DNA of 64,000 nucleotides from Promethearchaeota archaeon (GTDB lineage Archaea; Asgardarchaeota; Lokiarchaeia; Sigyniarchaeales; SOKP01). The stretch's first letter is position 1. Each line of letters starts with the position of its first letter. Below, in pieces: positions 20,568 to 29,832 of this stretch. The DNA lies in NCBI GenBank assembly GCA_019058015.1, contig JAHLWH010000134.1:32980-96979 (forward strand), in the 5' to 3' direction. The notes below the pieces were generated by a model. That model made no database searches, was not told the origin of the DNA, and saw only the letters and a list, made by a program, of their open reading frames with translations. The translations under genes and the position numbers were made by a program.

Positions 20568-21611
20568 ATGAGTGAGAAGAAAGCTCCAAAAACAGTTAAA
20601 AATCGAATAGAAAATTCAACTGAACAACAAAATGAAGAAAAAGAAGATTATAAAGAAAAACCAATTGTAAAAGAATCACCAGATGAAAAAAAGAAAGAAG
20701 AGGAAGATGAATTAAAAAAAAAGATTGAATCGACCAAAAAAGCAGGAGAAATCGCCAAAAAAATAAAAGATGCTATTCGCCCTAAAATAAAAGTCGGTGT
20801 AAAAGCAATTGACATAATAAAAGAAATTGAGAATATGATTTTTGATTTAGAAGCTAAACCTGCTTTTCCAATCAATATCTGCATTAATAACATTGCTGCA
20901 CATTATACTTCACCTGTAAAAGATGAGATGGTAATAAATGAGGGAGATATTGTTAAAATTGATTTTGGAGTTCATATCGATGGTTATTGTGTTGACACTG
21001 CATTTACTTTAAGTTTTAATGATAATGAAGAACTAAAAAATATAGTAGAAGCACCAGAAGTAGCGGTTAAGGCAGCAATAATGATGATGAAACCCGGTGT
21101 TAAAACCAATGAGATTGGTAATAAAATTGAGCAAATAATTAAAGGTTATGGATTTAAATCGATAAAGGAGTTGGGAGGTCATTCTGTAGAACGGTGGAGA
21201 GTTCATGGATCAAAAGAACTCCCAAACCAAAGCTCAAAGCATGGAATAGAAATTGAAGAAAAAGAAATATTTGCCGTTGAAGTTTTTGCTTCTACTGGAG
21301 AAGGAACGGTTCATAGATCCGGAAATGTGCATATTTATAGCCTAAATCCTTCTGCTGGGAGAGTTCCTTTAAGACGAAAAATTTCCAGAAAGATTTTAGG
21401 CTTTATCTCAAAAGAATATAAAACATTACCTTTTTGTGAGCGACAACTTATAGCTGAATTAAAAACTGGTATTAGCTTTGGATTACAAGAACTAAAAAAT
21501 TCAGGGAAAATCACTCAATATCCTGTACTTCTTGAAAGGAAAGGTGTATATATTTCGCAACATGAGGAAACAGTTTTAATTACCAAAGATGGATGTACAC
21601 AATTAACTTAG
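20568..21611 (+). CDS. map: Type II methionyl aminopeptidase with charged N-terminal extension
   Basis: 'AFPINIC..AAHYT', 'KIDFGVHIDGYCVDTAFT', 'GGH', 'AVEVF', 'SQHEETV'. Confidence 0.96.
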   Translation: MSEKKAPKTVKNRIENSTEQQNEEKEDYKEKPIVKESPDEKKKEEEDELKKKIESTKKAGEIAKKIKDAIRPKIKVGVKAIDIIKEIENMIFDLEAKPAFPINICINNIAAHYTSPVKDEMVINEGDIVKIDFGVHIDGYCVDTAFTLSFNDNEELKNIVEAPEVAVKAAIMMMKPGVKTNEIGNKIEQIIKGYGFKSIKELGGHSVERWRVHGSKELPNQSSKHGIEIEEKEIFAVEVFASTGEGTVHRSGNVHIYSLNPSAGRVPLRRKISRKILGFISKEYKTLPFCERQLIAELKTGISFGLQELKNSGKITQYPVLLERKGVYISQHEETVLITKDGCTQLT

Positions 21612-21657
21612 ACTAAATCAAATATTAAAATAATATAATAATAGAAATAAGATTATT

Positions 21658-22785
21658 ATGCGAAAAAAAGGCAAATTAAACAAAAATAATCCCATAAAAA
21701 TCTGTCTTGTATCTCTTGCCTTTTTTCCGGATAAAAAAGATGGATCTGCAAAAATTGCTACCTCTATCTATAATTATTTAAACGATAATGGCTATGATAT
21801 AAAGGTTATCACTGCAAAATGGAATGTTGATTTAAAAGATCCAAATATAATTCAAATAAATATTATTAGAAAGAGATTTTTTTGGTTCCCTCAATTCATA
21901 TTAAGTGTTTTCAGAATTTTAAACAAACAAAAATTTGATATAATTCATGGTAATGGATCTAGGGTAAGTATTTCATTTCTTTTTAGAAAATATCTTACTA
22001 CTATTCACGATCTAGGACCTTTTGAAACAAGTTTTTCAAAAATCCCAATTTTACTAATGTTAGAAAAATTAAATGCTTTTAGAGCTAAAAGAATAATTAC
22101 TCCATCAAATATAATTAAAATGGGTTTAAAATATTACATTCGACGACTTAATATTAAAAAAATTAAATGTGTATATAATCCAATCGATCCAAAATTTAAA
22201 CCTTATCCTAAACAAGGCTTTTCTCTAAAAGAAAAATTGAATTTAAAGGGACCAACTATTCTTTATATCGGACGTATCGCATTTTATAAAGGTATAGATG
22301 ATATTATTAAAGCCTATCACTTAGTAAAAAAGGAAATACCTGATTTAAATTTAGTTATTGGGGGAAAACCTACATTAAAAATGGCAAATATATATCAAAG
22401 TTGGAAAGAAAAATATAAAGATATAAAATTTGTAGGAATGATTCCAGAAGAAAAGATTCAACATTACTATTCCATGGCAGATGTGTTTGTTACTTATTCT
22501 AATGCATCCGAAGGATTTGGTTTAACTCCAATCGAATCTATTGCTTGTGGAACTCCAGTAATTTGTTCAAATCTTCCAGCATATAGAGAGATATTAGGTG
22601 ATAATGCTATTTTTGTTCCCCCGAAAGAACCTGAATTATTGGCAGAAAAAATCAAATATTATTTTAAGAAAGAAGAAATTAAAAAAAATTTAATAAATAA
22701 ATCTCAAGAAATAATTAAAAAGTATTCTATGGAGTCTTTTGGTAAAAATTTATTAGACATTTATCAAGAATTCCTTAAAATTTAG
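21658..22785 (+). CDS. Glycosyltransferase family 4
   Basis: 'YIGRIAFYKG', 'EGFGLTPIESIACGTPVI' ExFGxxxxE motif. Confidence 0.93.
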   Translation: MRKKGKLNKNNPIKICLVSLAFFPDKKDGSAKIATSIYNYLNDNGYDIKVITAKWNVDLKDPNIIQINIIRKRFFWFPQFILSVFRILNKQKFDIIHGNGSRVSISFLFRKYLTTIHDLGPFETSFSKIPILLMLEKLNAFRAKRIITPSNIIKMGLKYYIRRLNIKKIKCVYNPIDPKFKPYPKQGFSLKEKLNLKGPTILYIGRIAFYKGIDDIIKAYHLVKKEIPDLNLVIGGKPTLKMANIYQSWKEKYKDIKFVGMIPEEKIQHYYSMADVFVTYSNASEGFGLTPIESIACGTPVICSNLPAYREILGDNAIFVPPKEPELLAEKIKYYFKKEEIKKNLINKSQEIIKKYSMESFGKNLLDIYQEFLKI

Positions 22786-23848
22786 AAATTCTTTCTTTAA
22801 ATTTAGTTATACATATTTCAATTGGATTGTCTAATTTTCTAATTTTTTGAAAAGTATCAATTTTGTAATTACTTTCTAAATATTTAATTGCCTGATTGAC
22901 AGAATCCTTTGCTAAATGAAAATGTTTTAAAGGAAAGCCATTATCCATAAGAAATTGCTCTTGTGGATAAGTTTCTAAAGGAAAAAATTCAATAGAAGGC
23001 ACACCTAATAAAGCAGATTCTCTCACCATAGTTCCACCGCCAGTAATTACTAATTTCGCAAAATACATTATTTGGGCTAAATTATCTAATCCTTGGTATA
23101 TTTTAACGGTATCAACATTAATATATTCATTAAATTTTAACTTAAGAAAATTATATTGTTCCTCATTTCGAGTTATGATTAAAAATTTATAGTCAGATGT
23201 ATGCTGTAATAATTCAGGTATTATCTCTGATAATTGAGTTTCATGAGGTTTCATTTTAATAGCTAAATAACCAGCCTTAGTAGGTTCTGTTCGACACACA
23301 ACATACTTATCTTTTGTCAAATTTAAATAATTTAAAACGCTTTCATCTGGAATAAAGTCTGAAAGCCATCCAACCTCATCAATTCCATTAAATCGAATTA
23401 TTTTTTCTTCTTTAAGCCCATATTCTAAATACAATTTTAATGGAATACATTTTGGGACAATAATTTGATTTACATAGGGGAATGTTGTAGAACATGGTCC
23501 ATAAGATCTTGGTTCATCATTAAACATTATATTAGGAATCTGGAGCCCAAAGGAAATTCGTAATGCCTCTGGACTTGTTATACAAAATAAAAATTCTGGT
23601 TTTTCCTTACTAATAACTTCAATTAGTTCTGACAGTCTTTTTGAATATGCCTCTAATTTACCAAGTACAGTTCTCCCACCATACTTTCCTACTGGAATAT
23701 AATCTACTCCCCATTTATTTAATAAATAATAGGTCGAATCAAAATCCCTCGCAGTTATGAAAACGTCATTATCCTTCATTAATTTTTCATAAAGAGGTCT
23801 AAGCATTGTAACACTTTTTGGCTCACAAAAATCTAACCAAATTTTCAA
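22775..23848 (-). CDS. DUF354 family GT-B fold protein
   Basis: 'MKIWLDF..PK', 'ITARD', 'IPVGKYG', 'GGGTMVRESALLGVPSI'. Confidence 0.85.
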   Translation of the reverse strand: MKIWLDFCEPKSVTMLRPLYEKLMKDNDVFITARDFDSTYYLLNKWGVDYIPVGKYGGRTVLGKLEAYSKRLSELIEVISKEKPEFLFCITSPEALRISFGLQIPNIMFNDEPRSYGPCSTTFPYVNQIIVPKCIPLKLYLEYGLKEEKIIRFNGIDEVGWLSDFIPDESVLNYLNLTKDKYVVCRTEPTKAGYLAIKMKPHETQLSEIIPELLQHTSDYKFLIITRNEEQYNFLKLKFNEYINVDTVKIYQGLDNLAQIMYFAKLVITGGGTMVRESALLGVPSIEFFPLETYPQEQFLMDNGFPLKHFHLAKDSVNQAIKYLESNYKIDTFQKIRKLDNPIEICITKFKERISKF

Positions 23849-23871
23849 TATTTTAATACCCTCCTTAAAAA

Positions 23872-24885
23872 TTAAACCCTAGGTTGACAATTCCACTGTT
23901 CTAAATTTTCCCTAATCCATTCTACTTCTTTTTTAACGCCTTCTTCAAACTTAATTTTAGGTTCATAATCTAATTCTTTAGAAATTAAAGAACTATCTAA
24001 AATAAAATCTCTCAATTCTCCAGGTAATCTTTTTCGATTAGGTTGATATTTGCTAGATTCACCTGGTTTAGGATCATCATAAATTGGTTTTAATTTAGGA
24101 TTTATGAGTTTAATAACGATTTCGGCAACTTCATTAATTGAATAAAATTCTTTTCCTCCAACGTTATATACTTTACCACCAGTTTTCTCATTTTTTAACG
24201 CAAGAATATTGGCATCAACCGCATCATTAATATATACATAATCTCGAACTTGTTTTCCATCTCCAAATATTATCGGTGCCTTACCCTCTAAAACTCTTTT
24301 AATAAATAATGTTAATACTCTTCCATACCACTCTCTCGGTCCATATACAATTCCATACCGAAGTGAAGTAGTTGGAAAACCATATAATAAATAATATTGA
24401 AGGCAATATTTTTCTCCCGCTAATTTACTCACTCCATAAGGCCAATGAGGCATTAATGGATGATTTTCTGGCTCTGGAGTTAATTGAGCTTGCCCATAAA
24501 CACCTCCAGAAGAAGCATAAATTAATTTTTCTACATCATTTTTTAATGCCGCGTTTAATACATTTAGAGTTCCTTCTATATTAGTTCGTAAATCATGGAT
24601 TGTATTTTCGATTCCAGTAAAAACTTCAAGTTCAGCGGCATGATGTGAAACTAAATCCACATCTTTCATGCTCTCTTCTAACTTTTCATAGTCTAAAATA
24701 TCCCCTTTTATTATTTCTATAGGTTTTTTTTCGAGAAAATCTTTATTACCAGTTGAAAAATTATCATATACAATTACTTTACCAGCTTCTTCTTCTAAAA
24801 ATCGATCTACTAAATGAGAACCAATAAAACCGGCTCCCCCTGTAATCAAAACATTTTTTCCTTCAATATTCATTATTTTTCCCAT
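23872..24885 (-). CDS. NAD-dependent nucleotide-sugar epimerase/dehydratase
   Basis: 'ITGGAGFIGSHL', 'YASSGGVYG', YGVSK (YxxxK), 'GDGKQVRDYVY'. Confidence 0.95.
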   Translation of the reverse strand: MGKIMNIEGKNVLITGGAGFIGSHLVDRFLEEEAGKVIVYDNFSTGNKDFLEKKPIEIIKGDILDYEKLEESMKDVDLVSHHAAELEVFTGIENTIHDLRTNIEGTLNVLNAALKNDVEKLIYASSGGVYGQAQLTPEPENHPLMPHWPYGVSKLAGEKYCLQYYLLYGFPTTSLRYGIVYGPREWYGRVLTLFIKRVLEGKAPIIFGDGKQVRDYVYINDAVDANILALKNEKTGGKVYNVGGKEFYSINEVAEIVIKLINPKLKPIYDDPKPGESSKYQPNRKRLPGELRDFILDSSLISKELDYEPKIKFEEGVKKEVEWIRENLEQWNCQPRV

Positions 24886-24917
24886 TATGCAGTGAAGAAT
24901 CCATATTAGTTAATAAA

Positions 24918-25235
24918 TTAACCTTTAAATTCCTTATTACATTGACACGGCTTTGAATTACACACATAACATTTATCCGGATATTTATTCTTTAAAGATT
25001 TTTCTAAGTCTATATTAAGAATGTTTGCAATGGATACTGTCCAAGCAATTATATCTGCTAATTCTTCAGAAATGTGGGGAATTTCTAATTCCTCCATCTT
25101 TAAATTCCTAGCTAATTCTCCTATTTCCACTACTAGCCATATAAAATTTTTATACACTCCCCTCTCTTTATCCCGATGATAATATAAATCTTTTATGAGC
25201 TTTTGAAATTCTGAGATTCTCATTTTACAACTCAC
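24918..25235 (-). CDS. MazG-like nucleotide pyrophosphohydrolase with C-terminal Cys cluster
   Basis: 'LVVEIGELA...EELADIIAW..SIAN' plus 'KYPDKCYVCNSKPCQC'. Confidence 0.9.
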   Translation of the reverse strand: MSCKMRISEFQKLIKDLYYHRDKERGVYKNFIWLVVEIGELARNLKMEELEIPHISEELADIIAWTVSIANILNIDLEKSLKNKYPDKCYVCNSKPCQCNKEFKG

Positions 25236-25295
25236 TTAAAAAATATTAAATTAAAAACAATTAGGTTAAAAAAGTTAAATAAAAAATAGTAATTC

Positions 25296-25505
25296 TTAAA
25301 GAATCCAATCAAATACATGCACATGAGAAAGAATAACTATTACAATAAGTATTAAAGCAAAAATGACTGCACTTAATGGGCCAATCTTAATTCCTATGGA
25401 ACTGTCTTCAAAAAACCTCATAAGACCTGCACCACTTTGAGGCATGGGCGAACTTTTTGACCTTCTTCTCTTCCTTCTACTTCTTTGCGACATCTTTTTA
25501 ATCAA
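25296..25505 (-). CDS. secG: Preprotein translocase subunit Sec61beta (SecG)
   Basis: Basic N-terminus, 'SGAGLMRFFEDSS-GIKIGP' motif and single C-terminal TM. Confidence 0.93.
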   Translation of the reverse strand: MIKKMSQRSRRKRRRSKSSPMPQSGAGLMRFFEDSSIGIKIGPLSAVIFALILIVIVILSHVHVFDWIL

Positions 25506-25662
25506 AATGTGGTTTAATTGATATATAATTTATAAGAAATCTAAATTATTTAAAATTACTAAAATATATGTATAGTAAATTTTATGAATTAATGATTATT
25601 TTTTAAAAAATATTAAAGTAAGTTCAAATTAAAACATTTAAGTTTTCGAGAGTCGTTAGAAA

Positions 25663-27522
25663 GTGAAAAAGTATAATATAATATCTAATAAATTTAAAAT
25701 AAATAAGCATTTTTTATTATTTACTTTCTTAATTTCCATCTTAATTTTTTGTTTATTAATTCCATTATTGAAAAATAAAAATAGCAATAATTTTCAAACT
25801 CCTAGTACTTTAAAAAATTCCTCAAATTTTAACACATTTGAAGGTGTTCAAATTACAGAACTCTATAGGAATGTGGAATTAAGTGGAAATGGATTATTAA
25901 CTGCAGAAGACACATTTACTATAAAAAATATCCATAATAACCCAATCTCTTTTATTACAATGGGTATAGATAAATCTTTTATTGAAAATCTCATTTATTA
26001 TGACGCAAAAGGACCATATTCAGAATCATTAGATGTTCAATTCTCAGAAACAATGATTGAGACATTTAAAATGGTATATATTTATTTTGATTGTCCATTA
26101 CTCCCTTCTCAGGAGATCTCAATCACTTTTACTCATTCATATAAAGACCTTTATAATTTTTCTGTAATGAGTGTAGGACAAGAGCAAATGCAAACAATTG
26201 TGTTTAATTTTTATATATATCCAATTGTCCCTTATGAGGTTGATTATGTAGGTATATTTTTTTTTCATCCAGAACTCGGAGAAGAAGTATTAACAATTAA
26301 TGATTCGGGTGAAGAGGGAAAATTTGAAGGTGGGTTTTTACAATATTCTAAGGAATTTATGAGGCCTTTCTATTATAAATTGATAATAGGTACCTTTGAT
26401 TATTCTGAGAACACTAAATTGCAAATTGATAAAATATTAAGAAAAATTACATTTAACTCACTAGGTTATTTAATTGTGGATGAGACACTCACAATTCACA
26501 ATACTGGGGCGATTCCAATATCAGAATTTTCTGTCAAAATTCCAACTGTTGTATCAGAAGTTGAAGTATTTGATTATCTAGGGCCAATAGAAGGTACTTC
26601 ACTAGACTCAGAACCTAATCTTGATGGAACTACCAAAGATTTAACAATTTTATTGACACAAAATAGGGTAACCCTATATGTGGATTCTAAATTCGATTTT
26701 TCCATAAGGTATCAATTGCCCTATGATGAATATCATGTATTTAATTGGCTCTATAATTCTATTTCAATCGATTTATTACTCACAAAATGTGATTATGTTA
26801 TATATGATCAAGAAATTCAAATTATTATTGATGGTTGTGAAAATATTATGTCCATAACTGAACAACCTAATTCAATTAAAACGCTTGGGGATGATCTGGT
26901 ATTAATTTTTAATGATGATATAATTTCACCCCTTGATGAAAAACACATAAACATTATATACACTTTAGATTTTCTTGAAATTTTAATGAGACCATTAATT
27001 TTTACAATTCTGTTTATGATCCTTTTCACGTCTTTTGTAATAATAACAAAAATTAGGAAAGAAGAATTACCAATTGATGCTTATAGAAAAAGAGATATTC
27101 CAATAAAGGAATTACGTGAATTTTATTCCTTATATGAAGAGAAAAATGCAATTTACCTAGATATTCAGCAAGCAGATGATGATGTGAAAAGAAAGAAACT
27201 TACTAGAAAGAAATATCTTAATGTGTTAAAGAAATATGAGTTAAGATTAAAATCACTAGAAAACGAACTTGCCCCTCTCAGGAAAAAATTAGAAGAATCA
27301 ACGAAAATTTTTGAAAATATATTTAAAAAACTTGAATTATTTGAAGCTGAAAGATTAAGTTTAAAAGATAATATAAATTTGTTAGAAAACAGATATAAGC
27401 GCGGCAGACTACCTTCAAAAAATGCTTTTGAGAAATTAATGGGCGATTTTCTTAAACGTCGAGAAAAAGTTCGGAAGGCGATAGACCGGCAAATAAATGA
27501 GCTTAAAGCATACCTCTATTAA
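25663..27522 (+). CDS. Ribophorin I (OST1)-like oligosaccharyltransferase subunit
   Basis: N-terminal hydrophobic segment, two repeated lumenal domains ('YRNVELSGNGLLTAEDTFTIKN'; 'ILRKITFNSLGYLIVDETLTIHNTGA'), TM 'RPLIFTILF', cytosolic coiled helical tail. Confidence 0.75.
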   Translation: MKKYNIISNKFKINKHFLLFTFLISILIFCLLIPLLKNKNSNNFQTPSTLKNSSNFNTFEGVQITELYRNVELSGNGLLTAEDTFTIKNIHNNPISFITMGIDKSFIENLIYYDAKGPYSESLDVQFSETMIETFKMVYIYFDCPLLPSQEISITFTHSYKDLYNFSVMSVGQEQMQTIVFNFYIYPIVPYEVDYVGIFFFHPELGEEVLTINDSGEEGKFEGGFLQYSKEFMRPFYYKLIIGTFDYSENTKLQIDKILRKITFNSLGYLIVDETLTIHNTGAIPISEFSVKIPTVVSEVEVFDYLGPIEGTSLDSEPNLDGTTKDLTILLTQNRVTLYVDSKFDFSIRYQLPYDEYHVFNWLYNSISIDLLLTKCDYVIYDQEIQIIIDGCENIMSITEQPNSIKTLGDDLVLIFNDDIISPLDEKHINIIYTLDFLEILMRPLIFTILFMILFTSFVIITKIRKEELPIDAYRKRDIPIKELREFYSLYEEKNAIYLDIQQADDDVKRKKLTRKKYLNVLKKYELRLKSLENELAPLRKKLEESTKIFENIFKKLELFEAERLSLKDNINLLENRYKRGRLPSKNAFEKLMGDFLKRREKVRKAIDRQINELKAYLY

Positions 27523-27560
27523 AATTATATTCCAAATTGCAAAAAATTTATATGATTTAA

Positions 27561-28211
27561 ATGAAACCTTGGCTTTTTGACATCTTAGCATGCCCAATAG
27601 ATAAAAATTTTCCTTTAGAACTCTTAATACTAAAATGGGAAACCAATATAAATGAATTTGAAGAATTCTTAAAAATTTTTCAAGTTCGAAATGAAAAATC
27701 CATTAAAAATGAAGAATTAATAAAATGTACTGAACCTGAAAATCGTTTAAAAATTCGGGATGGCATAGCTCTCAAATTTAAAAAACCTTCTGAATACCTA
27801 AATACGATAAACTCAAGCATTCAAGAACTCAAAAATATAATAAATCTTACAAAAGAACCAATAATTAAAAAATGTATTGATATCCTTAAAACAAGCGTAA
27901 AGAGAAAAATTGAATCAACTATAAACCTTATCTCAAAGGAAGATAAAAAAGAAAAAATAAAGGAAATTATTAATTCTATCCTTCCAGAATTATATCTTAT
28001 CAATAAATTTAAAATTGATACTGAAATAGAAGAAGGTATTTTATTTTGCTCCAAATGTAATAGATGGTATCCTATCGTTCAAACAATACCTCAAATGTTA
28101 CCAGATAAATATAGGAATGAAAAAGAAGATATTACTTTTTTAACTAAATGGAAGGAAACTCTTGATACAATTAATTTCTTACAAAGAGATCTGATCCCAT
28201 TTAAAATCTAA
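27561..28211 (+). CDS. trm112: Trm112 methyltransferase activator with long central insertion
   Basis: 'MKPWLFDILACPIDKNFPL' and 'IEEGILFCSKCNRWYPIVQTIPQML'. Confidence 0.88.
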   Translation: MKPWLFDILACPIDKNFPLELLILKWETNINEFEEFLKIFQVRNEKSIKNEELIKCTEPENRLKIRDGIALKFKKPSEYLNTINSSIQELKNIINLTKEPIIKKCIDILKTSVKRKIESTINLISKEDKKEKIKEIINSILPELYLINKFKIDTEIEEGILFCSKCNRWYPIVQTIPQMLPDKYRNEKEDITFLTKWKETLDTINFLQRDLIPFKI

Positions 28212-28297
28212 AGAAATAATTAAAAACTAATCCTTTTAAAATAATTTTAATTATTGTATTATTAAATTAGAATTCATAAAAGGTAAAAGAGAAATAA

Positions 28298-28392
28298 AGC
28301 TCCGTCGTCTAGTGGCCAAATTTTAAAAAATTAAAGGCTAAGGATTCGGGGCCTTGAACCCCGAAACGCAGGTTCGAATCCTGCCGGAGCTA
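28298..28392 (+). tRNA. tRNA-Gln(TTG) with ~22-nt D-loop intron (28320-28341)
   Basis: Acceptor AGCTCCG/CGGAGCT+A (A1-U72 as in archaeal tRNA-Gln); anticodon arm CGGGG-CCTTGAA-CCCCG; T arm GCAGG-TTCGAAT-CCTGC; removing the intron gives D arm GTCTAGTGGCCAAGGAT. Confidence 0.88.
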
Positions 28393-28456
28393 TTATTAGA
28401 GTTGGGCTTTTATGCCAATCCTTTAAATTCTCAATTAATTTAGGTGAATTATATAA

Positions 28457-29710
28457 GTGCAAAGTTTTTCTGAATATCAATTTGGCGTAGTGGAAATAAT
28501 TAATTTAGTTATTCTATTCATAATTATTTTCATAATAACTTATTTCGTTATTCCATTCGTAATTAAATTCACAAGGTCAAAAGGATGGATTGGAATTGAT
28601 ATTCATAAGGTAGAAAAACCTGAAGTTGCTGAGTCCGGAGGAATAAGTATAGTAATAGGGTTGTGTTTCGCATTAGTTTTTATGTTAATACTATTTCCTT
28701 CACTTACAAATGAACTATTAGTTATCATATTAACAATTATAATAGCGGGAGTTATTGGACTTATTGATGACAGAAAAAAACTCTCATCAATAAAAAAAAT
28801 AATTTTAACTATCATAACTGGTGGACCTATTTTCATTCTGAATTTTATTAACTTTATCGATGTAGATAGCCCCACAATCCCTATTTTAGGAATGTTACGT
28901 CTTAATTACATTTATCCATTTGTATTACCTGTAATTATTGCAGTTACAACAAATACAGTCAATATGCTTGAAGGCTATAACGGAGAAGGTTCAGGAACAT
29001 GTCTAATAGCTGTAATTTTTATGTTTCTTTCGGGTTTAATTTGGAATTCAGCCCAAGCAGTAATATATTCAGTTCCCTTTATTGCAATATTATTAGCTTT
29101 TTTCTTATACAATAAATATCCTGCAAAAGTTTTTCCAGGTGATGTAGGAACTATTACTATTGGAGCAATGATAGGTTGTATAGCAATTTTTGGTTCAATC
29201 GAAGTGCCAACGTTTTGTGTTTTATTAGGACATGTTTTTAACAGTTTTTATGTATTATCTTCTATTAGGCGATTACTCGAAAGTAGCCAGATTCAAATAA
29301 AGCAAAGTGATATTATCTTTTTAGAAAATGGTAAAATTAAAGCTTCAAGGGAGGATGATGCAGCAATGAGTTTACCAAGGTTACTCCTCGCAAAAGGAGA
29401 ATTGACTGAACCTGAATTAGTGAAAAATTTTTTTGCTTTATCATTTATTTGTGGTCAATTTGCAATTATTGCTGCTTTATCAATGCAATGGACTCTATAT
29501 TATGATAATTTGGCATTTTTGATTATTTCAGGAATAATTTTTATTTTAATATGTGGGAGTTTTTCATTAATTATTTATTGGAAATTTCCGAGAATTAGAG
29601 GGATTTCAATAATAATGGTAACGTTATTAACTTGTGGAATTGTTTTTGTATGGTTTATTGATTGGTTTATAGTACAAACACCATTGAATGTGTTGTGGAG
29701 TGCAGTTTAA
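28457..29710 (+). CDS. aglH: UDP-GlcNAc:dolichyl-phosphate GlcNAc-1-phosphate transferase (AglH/DPAGT1, MraY-like); C-terminus probably extends to 29811 across a 1-nt frameshift
   Basis: 'GIDIHKVEKPEVAESGG', 'IGLIDD', 'NTVNMLEGYNG', 'YNKYPAKVFPGDVG'. Confidence 0.88.
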   Translation: MQSFSEYQFGVVEIINLVILFIIIFIITYFVIPFVIKFTRSKGWIGIDIHKVEKPEVAESGGISIVIGLCFALVFMLILFPSLTNELLVIILTIIIAGVIGLIDDRKKLSSIKKIILTIITGGPIFILNFINFIDVDSPTIPILGMLRLNYIYPFVLPVIIAVTTNTVNMLEGYNGEGSGTCLIAVIFMFLSGLIWNSAQAVIYSVPFIAILLAFFLYNKYPAKVFPGDVGTITIGAMIGCIAIFGSIEVPTFCVLLGHVFNSFYVLSSIRRLLESSQIQIKQSDIIFLENGKIKASREDDAAMSLPRLLLAKGELTEPELVKNFFALSFICGQFAIIAALSMQWTLYYDNLAFLIISGIIFILICGSFSLIIYWKFPRIRGISIIMVTLLTCGIVFVWFIDWFIVQTPLNVLWSAV

Positions 29711-29832
29711 CCGCTATTGGCTTAGGACTATGGTATTATGTAGGTTGCTTCCGTTATTTTTGGAAGCAAATTGATAAAATGAAGAAAAGAGAAGATAAAG
29801 AAAATATTTAAGCCAGCTTAATTCAAACCAAG

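Noticed and set aside
29700-29811. Frameshift near the aglH 3' end (GTTTAA; the other frame continues LTAIGLGLWYY...ENI*) as programmed recoding
   Set aside because: One missing T in a short T-run with no X XXY YYZ slippery site; same pattern as 57985, so most likely a sequencing or assembly indel
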